DNA of 64,000 bases from an uncultured Anaerolineales bacterium. Lineage in GTDB: Bacteria > Chloroflexota > Anaerolineae > Anaerolineales > UBA6663. The notes below the pieces were generated by a model that saw nothing but the letters and a program-made list of their open reading frames with translations, made no database searches and was not told the origin of the DNA. Position numbers and translations under genes: made by a program. Below, piece by piece: positions 18,073 to 24,545 of the stretch; the first letter of the stretch is position 1; every line of letters starts with the position of its first letter. The stretch spans positions 9,080 to 73,079 of the forward strand of contig CAYZRP010000008.1 in NCBI GenBank assembly GCA_964480865.1, in the 5' to 3' direction.

Positions 18073-18543
18073 TTAAGAAGCCGTGTCAGAGGATCCGCGG
18101 TCGGCGGTCCGCCGTCCGTGGTCTGACCGCCGGGCATTACGTCGGGCGGCGAGGTCGTAGGCCTCGGCCAGGTAGCGCTGGACGGCCGGGACGGTTTCGT
18201 CGCTGGGGCTGAGGATGCAGAGGAAGTGCTGGGCCGCGTACTCGGGATGCGGCATGAAGACGTCGAGGGCCGAGTAATCGTAGCTCGCCGGATCGGGGCG
18301 CTCCATACCGAACAGATCCGTGAACGTGTTGCGCCCCACTCCGATGTTGAGCCGATAAACGTCAGGTCGATCGAGGCGCGAGTATCTGTCGAACTCCGTG
18401 TCAGCGCTGATCAGCGTGGTGAACGGCAACATGCGCTCGCTGCCGAAGAAGAACATGGTATAGCCAAACGCGAGCGTGGACTCGGCCTCAGGAAACGTGT
18501 TGGTGATGTAGTGCGTGACGGCAGCTTCATCCCACATGTGCAT
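18073..18543 (-). CDS. DUF6194-like hypothetical protein
   Basis: Start at MHMWDE (ATG at 18543). The pattern FFFGSERMLPFTTLISADTEFD..SRLDRPDVYRLNIGV resembles what I recall of the DUF6194 family; this comes from memory only. Confidence 0.5.
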   Translation of the reverse strand: MHMWDEAAVTHYITNTFPEAESTLAFGYTMFFFGSERMLPFTTLISADTEFDRYSRLDRPDVYRLNIGVGRNTFTDLFGMERPDPASYDYSALDVFMPHPEYAAQHFLCILSPSDETVPAVQRYLAEAYDLAARRNARRSDHGRRTADRGSSDTAS

Positions 18544-18562
18544 AGTGTATCGCCTGAGGGTG

Positions 18563-19078
18563 TTACTGATGCGCCACGCTCGAGCCAGCGGCCAACGCGG
18601 CCAGCCCCGCCTCATCGAGACGACAGACGCGGTGGTCGTCGAGCACGCGAGCGCCGAGGCTGTGATAGAGCGCCAGGGCGCGCTCGTTCCAGTCGAGCAC
18701 CATCCATTCGAAGCGCGCGCACTGATGACGGACCGCCACGCCCGCGAGATAGCGCATCAACGCCCGGCCCAGGCCACGACCGCGCTGCGACGGCGCGACA
18801 TAGAGGTCGTCGAGCCAGAGCCCGCGTCGCCCGGTCATCGACCCGAACGTGAAGAAGTAGATCACGTAGCCGACGGCCACATCGTCGACGAGCACAAGCT
18901 CCGCGATCGCGGCCGGCGGATCGGTGAAGAACGCCTCGTAGAGCGTTTCCTCGGTCGCGGCCGTGGTCATCCGCTCGAAGACGGCCATCTCGTTGATGAA
19001 GGCGAGCAGGCGCGGCAGATCGGCTGGCGTGATCGGCCGGGTCTCAGCAAGGCCTTTGCTCCACGCGAGTCGCGCCAT
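18563..19078 (-). CDS. GNAT-family N-acetyltransferase
   Basis: Acetyl-CoA binding motif A: VAPSQRGRGLGRALMRYL. Confidence 0.8.
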   Translation of the reverse strand: MARLAWSKGLAETRPITPADLPRLLAFINEMAVFERMTTAATEETLYEAFFTDPPAAIAELVLVDDVAVGYVIYFFTFGSMTGRRGLWLDDLYVAPSQRGRGLGRALMRYLAGVAVRHQCARFEWMVLDWNERALALYHSLGARVLDDHRVCRLDEAGLAALAAGSSVAHQ

Positions 19079-19081
19079 CGA

Positions 19082-20140
19082 TCAACCGAAGAAGCCCTGC
19101 CGCACGAGCAACTCGCCATTGAGGATCGCGCCGCCTGCCGCGCCGCGGATGGTGTTGTGCGACAGGATCGCCATGCGCAAGGTGAAGAGCGGATCCGGGC
19201 GGATGCGGCCGACGACCGTCGTCATGCCCTTTCCGGCATCGCGGTCGCGGCGTGGCTGCGGCCGATCAGGCTCGGTGCGCACTTCGATGACGCGCTCCGG
19301 CGTCGACGGCAGGCCGCGCACGATCTCGGGCGCCTGGAAGGCCGTGAGCGCTGCCGCCGCCTGTTCGGGCGTGGCCGGCTGCTTGAGCCCGAGCGTGACC
19401 GACACCAGATGGCCGTCGATCACGGGGACGCGGTTGGTGTGTGTCGAGAAGACCGCCGGCAGGAAGTCGATGGCAGACGACTCGCCGTTGAGCGCTCCAA
19501 GCATCTTGCACGGCTCTGTCGCAAACTTCTCTTCCTCGCCGCCGATGTAGGGCACGACATTGTCGAGGATGTCGAGCGAGGCCACGCCCGGGTAGCCGGC
19601 GCCCGAGACGGCCTGCATCGACACCAGCACGCCCTTTTCAACCCCGAACGCGTCGTGCAGGGCGCGTAGCGCGATCGTCACACCCGTCGACGTGCAGTTC
19701 GGGTTGGTGACGATGAAGCCCTTCCAACTGCGATGGCGACGCTGGGCATGGATCAGGGCGGTGTGATCGGGATTGACTTCCGGGATCAGGAGCGGCACGT
19801 CTGGCCACATGCGGTGCGACGACGCGTTCGAGCAGATCGCGACGCCGGCCGCGGCCAGCACCGGCTCGGCTTCCTTCGCGACGTCGGTCGGCAGGGCCGA
19901 GAACGCAAGTTGAGCGTCGAAGCCCGGCGCTGTCGGCAACACCTCGAGGTCGCGCACGTACTCGGGCACACTGCCCGGCAGAACCCAACGCACACCGTCG
20001 CCGTACTTTCCGCCGACGGTCCGGTCCGAACCGGTCAGTGCGGTCACTTCGAACCACGGATGGCCCTCGAGCAGTTGCACGAAACGTTGTCCCACGGCGC
20101 CCGTGGCCCCGAGGATCGCGACCTTGACCTTGTTCGACAT
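19082..20140 (-). CDS. asd: Aspartate-semialdehyde dehydrogenase
   Basis: N-terminal NAD(P) motif KVAILGATGAVGQRF and active-site region NPNCTSTG. Adjacent to lysC. Confidence 0.9.
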   Translation of the reverse strand: MSNKVKVAILGATGAVGQRFVQLLEGHPWFEVTALTGSDRTVGGKYGDGVRWVLPGSVPEYVRDLEVLPTAPGFDAQLAFSALPTDVAKEAEPVLAAAGVAICSNASSHRMWPDVPLLIPEVNPDHTALIHAQRRHRSWKGFIVTNPNCTSTGVTIALRALHDAFGVEKGVLVSMQAVSGAGYPGVASLDILDNVVPYIGGEEEKFATEPCKMLGALNGESSAIDFLPAVFSTHTNRVPVIDGHLVSVTLGLKQPATPEQAAAALTAFQAPEIVRGLPSTPERVIEVRTEPDRPQPRRDRDAGKGMTTVVGRIRPDPLFTLRMAILSHNTIRGAAGGAILNGELLVRQGFFG

Positions 20141-20162
20141 AGCAGCTCCGTTCGTTCTGGCG

Positions 20163-21554
20163 TCAGATGATCAACTTGTGAATGGCCCGCACCGCGTCGT
20201 CGGCCTGCTGGGCCGAGACCACGCAACTGATGCCGCACTCTGAGCCGCCCTGCGCGATAGCGACCACGTTGACGCTCGAAGCGCCCAACGCGCTGAACAT
20301 GCGGCCTGACACGCCTGGCGTGTGCACCATGCCCGCGCCGACGACGGTGATGATCGCCACCGGGTCGGAGGCCGTCACGCCGTCGAGGTCGTCGCCGGCC
20401 AACTCGAGCCTGAACTCGCTCTCGAGCGCCGTGACCACCGAGGCCGACGCCGCATGCGGCACGACGAAGCATATGCTCTGCTCGGACGAGGCCTGCGAGA
20501 TCAACGATACGCTCGTCCGCGTGCGTGCCACAGCCGCGAACAGGCGCGCCGCAATGCCCGGGATGCCGAGCATGCCGCGGCCCTCGAGCGTGATCACGCA
20601 TTGGCCCTTGATCGCGGTCACGGCGCGGATGCCGCCCTCGATCCAGCCCTCGTCATCAAGCACGATGCGCGTGCCGGCCTGCGTGGGCTCAAATGTGTTC
20701 TTGACCCACAGGGCGATGCCGCGCTCGACCACCGGCCGGATCGTCTTGGGATGCAGCACCTTGGCGCCGAAATGCGCGAGCTCCGAGATCTCGCGATACG
20801 TCAGCACCGGGATCGTGCGGGCCAGCGGCTCGACGCGCGGATCGGTCGTCATCACGCCGTTGACGTCGGTCCAGATCCAGACCTCGTCGGCGTCGATCGC
20901 CACGCCGATGATGGCGGCCGAGTAGTCGCTGCCGCCGCGCCCGAGCGTCGTCACGGCGCCACGACGATCCGCGCCGATGAAGCCCGTCAGCACAGGCACC
21001 TCACCCCGATCGAGGATCGGCACCACGCGGATCGCGGCCCGTTCGCGGGTGGCGTCCATGTCGGGCGTGGCGTTCTGGAAGTGCGAGTCGGTCAGCACCA
21101 CCTCGGTGGTCGCGATGGCGCGTGAGGCGATGCCGGCATGTTCGAGGCCGGCGGCGACGAGCGGTGCGCTCATACGCTCGCCGAGCGACGCGATGGCATC
21201 GAGCGCGCGCGGGGTAGCTTCACCAAGCACCGCGATCGCCTGGCACAGGCTGACGAACTGATCCAGGCTATCCGAGATCAGGGCCCGCACGGCGTCGGTG
21301 CCGCCGAAGGCCTGCAGGGCGCGCTCGTGCTTGTCACGCAATGTCTCGGCGGCCGAACGGGCCAGCGACGCGTCGCCCTCAATGGCGGCATTGGCCGAGG
21401 CCAGGAGCGTGTCGGTGACGCCGCTCATCGCCGAGACGATCACGGCCACACGATCGCCCGTGTCACGCGTCGCGCGCACGATCTCGACCAGGTTCTGAAT
21501 GGCTTCGGCGCTTCCCACCGAAGTGCCGCCGAACTTCATCACGATCGTCCTCAT
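20163..21554 (-). CDS. lysC: Aspartate kinase
   Basis: VMKFGGTSVG N-terminus, GRGGSDYSAA, and C-terminal tandem ACT-like regions. 463 aa. Confidence 0.9.
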   Translation of the reverse strand: MRTIVMKFGGTSVGSAEAIQNLVEIVRATRDTGDRVAVIVSAMSGVTDTLLASANAAIEGDASLARSAAETLRDKHERALQAFGGTDAVRALISDSLDQFVSLCQAIAVLGEATPRALDAIASLGERMSAPLVAAGLEHAGIASRAIATTEVVLTDSHFQNATPDMDATRERAAIRVVPILDRGEVPVLTGFIGADRRGAVTTLGRGGSDYSAAIIGVAIDADEVWIWTDVNGVMTTDPRVEPLARTIPVLTYREISELAHFGAKVLHPKTIRPVVERGIALWVKNTFEPTQAGTRIVLDDEGWIEGGIRAVTAIKGQCVITLEGRGMLGIPGIAARLFAAVARTRTSVSLISQASSEQSICFVVPHAASASVVTALESEFRLELAGDDLDGVTASDPVAIITVVGAGMVHTPGVSGRMFSALGASSVNVVAIAQGGSECGISCVVSAQQADDAVRAIHKLII

Positions 21555-21591
21555 CCCCTGCCTCCCGGTCCCCTATCCGTGTCGGGGCCGC

Positions 21592-21628
21592 CACACAAAG
21601 CAAAGCGCGGAGCGTTGGGCTCCGCGCT
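21592..21628 (-). terminator. Intrinsic terminator-like hairpin inside the lysC 5' leader (candidate attenuator)
   Basis: Minus strand: AGCGCGGAGC-ccaac-GCTCCGCGCT followed by TTGCTTTGTGT. It lies about 40 nt upstream of the lysC GGGAGG RBS. Confidence 0.55.
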
Positions 21629-21749
21629 GGTCGTTTTCGTCGCTGGTGAGGCGTCGGTCACCGACAATGCGAAGCCGCAACTAACCCGGCCGGGGTAGTC
21701 ATGGTGCGCATGGTCGTGGTCGTCCGCAAGCCGTCACACATTGGAGGCG

Positions 21750-21778
21750 AGTGTAAGCACAAAGTTGGAAACTGTCAA
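21750..21778 (-). promoter_or_regulatory. Putative lysC promoter (minus strand, TTGACA-17-TACACT)
   Basis: -35 at 21773..21778 and -10 at 21750..21755 on the minus strand. Confidence 0.5.
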
Positions 21779-21786
21779 TGAAGGGA

Positions 21787-21852
21787 GGCGTCAGGCGTCG
21801 GGCGTCGGGCGTCTGTTCACGCAACGCGCCCCAGCCGATAGGTCTGACGCCT
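21787..21852. repeat. (GGCGTCR)x4 heptamer array plus an inverted partner
   Basis: ggcgtca ggcgtcg ggcgtcg ggcgtct at 21787..21814. The inverted copy tctgacgcct at 21843..21852 abuts the ankyrin gene stop. Confidence 0.7.
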
Positions 21853-22519
21853 AGCTCAGCCCCTCCACAAGTTCTTCGTGGCCGGCCTCGCGAGCCAGAT
21901 CCGCGGGGCGTTTGTCGTCGTCGGTCGCGAGGGCGCGATCTGCGCCGTGCCCGAGCAGGAGCCTGATCATGTCGGCCTGGCCATTCTGCGCAGCGGCATG
22001 TAACGGCGTGAACCCGCCCTGTTGCTGGGCATTGACGTCAGCGCCATGCTCGAGCAACAGCCGCGCAACCTCGAGATGTCCGCCGGCGACCGCAGAGTGG
22101 AGCGGCTGCACACGCATGGCGTTGTCGGCTATCTGGCGTGGATCCGCGCCCTGCTCCAGCAGCCAGGCCGCGACCTCGCGCTGGCCGAAGAACGCCGCCA
22201 GGCCGATCGGCGGAAAGCCGTCGCTTGATAAAGCATCCAACAGCTGAGGGTTTTCCCTGAGCGCCTGTTGCACGGCGGGGAGCCGCCCGAGCGCTGCAGC
22301 CGAGAACACGTCAAGCTGAGCGCCCGCCTCAGCCAGCTCATCGGCGATCGAGGACTGACCGTAGTACATGGCCATTCGTACCAGCGGGATGCCCTCTGGA
22401 GTTTGCGTATCGGCGATCGACGAGTCGGCCTCGACCAACCGGCGCACGGCATCCAGGTCCCCGGCCTTCACGGCGTTGATGAGTTGATCAATGGACATCG
22501 TGGACAAGCGTATCGCCAA
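21851..22519 (-). CDS. Ankyrin-repeat protein
   Basis: About 6 ANK repeats, for example TPLHAAAQNGQADMIRLLLGHGAD and QPLHSAVAGGHLEVARLLLEHGADVN. Confidence 0.85.
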   Translation of the reverse strand: MAIRLSTMSIDQLINAVKAGDLDAVRRLVEADSSIADTQTPEGIPLVRMAMYYGQSSIADELAEAGAQLDVFSAAALGRLPAVQQALRENPQLLDALSSDGFPPIGLAAFFGQREVAAWLLEQGADPRQIADNAMRVQPLHSAVAGGHLEVARLLLEHGADVNAQQQGGFTPLHAAAQNGQADMIRLLLGHGADRALATDDDKRPADLAREAGHEELVEGLS

Positions 22520-22529
22520 AACGAAAAAA

Positions 22530-22560
22530 GGTCGGGTCAGGGCTGGGCCCTGACCCGACC
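22530..22560 (-). terminator. Intrinsic terminator after the PucR-family gene
   Basis: GGTCGGGTCAGGGC-tgg-GCCCTGACCCGACC. On the minus strand it is followed by TTTTTTCGTTTT. Confidence 0.8.
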
Positions 22561-22575
22561 TTTTCGGCGAACGAC

Positions 22576-24207
22576 TTACAACGGGCGCCGAGGCTTCGGC
22601 GCGGGGCGCAACATACGCCGGATCTTCAACGCCAGATGCACGGCCAGGCGGGTATCGGGGTTGTTCATATCGATGCCCGCGATCTGGTGGATCCGCTCCA
22701 TCCGATACAGGAGCGAGTTCCGGTGGATGAACAGGCGCTCGGCCGTCTGGCTCAGGTTACCGAGCTTTTCGCAAAAGGCTTCGAGCGTCTCGAGCAGGTC
22801 ACCGGCGCCTTCGTAATCCATCAGCGGGCCGAGCACCTCGCGGCAGAACGCCTCGAGTTCGGGGCTGCGCTCCAGCTGGAAGAGCAGACGATAGACCGAC
22901 AGATCGCCGAAGAACAGCGGCAGCCGTTCGTGCAGACGAACCGCCATCATCAGGGCCTGGGTCGCCTCGCGATGCGAGTCGCGCCAATCCTCGAGTTCGC
23001 CGGCGCTGCGCCCGATGCCACCGTGAGCGACATGGGTCGGGTACTCGGCGGCCGCCGCTGAGCGAACTTCCTCGCCGAGCCTGAGCGCGCGGTCGGGGCG
23101 CTCGCCGTCGGGGACGGCGCAGAAGACCACGACCTCGTCGCCGCGCGGTCGAACCAGGGCGGCGAGGCCAAGCTTGGCCACCGATTGGTTGACCAGGGTC
23201 TCGAGCCGACGGAGGCTCGGGCGTGGATCCTTGCCCTCCCAGCGCCAGACGAGCGCGGCATGCGGCGGCTCGATGTCGTAGCCGATGCGACCCGCCCAAC
23301 GGACCAACTCTTCGAGTGGCAGCGACCCCGTCAGAACAGCATCGAGGAAGTCGCCATGCGCGCGCTTCTCGGCGTCGCTGACGGCCTTGGCCTTGGCCAT
23401 TTCAAGCGCACAGGCCTGCGCGCCGTTTTCGACGACGAGGCTGTCGAGCGAATCGAGCTCACCGGCCAGGCCGATGATCGTCACGAACCCACGCGCCATG
23501 CCCTTCGACACGATCGGGCACACCAAGCGCACGAGGCCACCGGCGAGCGATTGCTCACGCGGCCCGCCCAGCGCCGCCTGCCGCCGATCGCGCAGGCTTT
23601 CGGGGAGGCTGCTGAGCAGACTGAGCGAGTTCAGCACATCGGGCCAGACGTGGCTCAGCCCCGGTGTGGCCGCCTCGGCCAACGGCTTGAGTCGCTTGTC
23701 TTGAATGAGGATGGACTTGCCGGTCTGCTCGGACATGGCGTGCGCGAGTTCCGAGAGGCCGACGCCTTCGAGCAGGAGATGCGAGAGGGTCTGGTAGATC
23801 TGGGCGCCGCGAGTAACGAGGTAGGACTGACGATTGACGATCAGTTCTAGCGCGGCCCGTTGGACGTCGCGCAGCGAGACGTCCGACGGCAACTTGAGGA
23901 TCGGAACGCCGCCGTTCACGGAGGTGACGGCCGCAGGTGTTGCGACGGCCGCGACACCGACCTCGGACCAGGCGACCAGGTCCTTTTTGGTCGGGACACC
24001 GTTCATCAGGACGAAATCGTCGGCCTGGGGGGTGACCCCCGCGCCGGCCATGACCACCCAGCGCACTGGTCGATCGCGCCCGACCCCGGCCGGAAGAACA
24101 TTCCCGCGCGGGAGGATCAGACGGACCAGCTCGCCGAGCGAGATTGTGGAACCCACTGCAACCGCCATCGCCATCGTGAGCCTGTCTCCTCTGCCCGTGG
24201 TCGGCAT
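22576..24207 (-). CDS. PucR-family transcriptional regulator
   Basis: C-terminal PucR-type HTH (NLSQTAERLFIHRNSLLYRMERIHQIAGIDMNNPDTRLAVHLALKI). The start is uncertain: Met83, Met94 and Met96 of listed ORF 22576..24453 give 24207, 24174 and 24168. Confidence 0.75.
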   Translation of the reverse strand: MPTTGRGDRLTMAMAVAVGSTISLGELVRLILPRGNVLPAGVGRDRPVRWVVMAGAGVTPQADDFVLMNGVPTKKDLVAWSEVGVAAVATPAAVTSVNGGVPILKLPSDVSLRDVQRAALELIVNRQSYLVTRGAQIYQTLSHLLLEGVGLSELAHAMSEQTGKSILIQDKRLKPLAEAATPGLSHVWPDVLNSLSLLSSLPESLRDRRQAALGGPREQSLAGGLVRLVCPIVSKGMARGFVTIIGLAGELDSLDSLVVENGAQACALEMAKAKAVSDAEKRAHGDFLDAVLTGSLPLEELVRWAGRIGYDIEPPHAALVWRWEGKDPRPSLRRLETLVNQSVAKLGLAALVRPRGDEVVVFCAVPDGERPDRALRLGEEVRSAAAAEYPTHVAHGGIGRSAGELEDWRDSHREATQALMMAVRLHERLPLFFGDLSVYRLLFQLERSPELEAFCREVLGPLMDYEGAGDLLETLEAFCEKLGNLSQTAERLFIHRNSLLYRMERIHQIAGIDMNNPDTRLAVHLALKIRRMLRPAPKPRRPL

Positions 24208-24441
24208 TATAACCGATTGGGCAACTTGCACAGTCGCTCCGGGCCACGCTTTCGGGCGGTTTGCGCCGGTTCTCCAGTCGAATTGCACCGTATGCAAACG
24301 ATACCGTCTGGCGTGCACGTCTGTGCTCGACCCAACTACGTGGCCCGATCCCTCTCGAGACGGTGTCGCGAACGGCGGGCGAGTGCCAAACTGCACAAAT
24401 TCGTGACTGACGCGTTGGATGGTGTTCCAAGAACCTGAGCC

Positions 24442-24470
24442 TTGAATCGACACCCACCCTCACCTAGAAT
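24442..24470 (+). promoter_or_regulatory. Putative pur operon promoter (TTGAAT-17-TAGAAT)
   Basis: -35 at 24442..24447 and -10 at 24465..24470, about 70 nt upstream of the purL ATG. Confidence 0.45.
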
Positions 24471-24545
24471 CACGGCGCGGCGGCCCGCGTCTTTGTCAGA
24501 CCCACGCCGCGGCCGGAACCCATCGGCGCGTTCGATCGAGGACAC

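Noticed and set aside
21555-21749. Lysine (L-box) riboswitch in the lysC leader.
   Set aside because: I could not find the conserved L-box elements such as the AGAGG.GC P1/P2 start or the G-rich internal loops. It is retained only as an unclassified attenuator candidate.
24208-24545. ZTP (pfl) or purine riboswitch upstream of purL, and similarly at 36601..36752 upstream of purM.
   Set aside because: tcgtgactgacgcg superficially resembles the ZTP UCGUGACUGGCG segment. However, the partner helices and the 3' CCGCCUGGGC pseudoknot element are absent, and that segment lies upstream of the predicted promoter. No purine-riboswitch junction motifs were seen.
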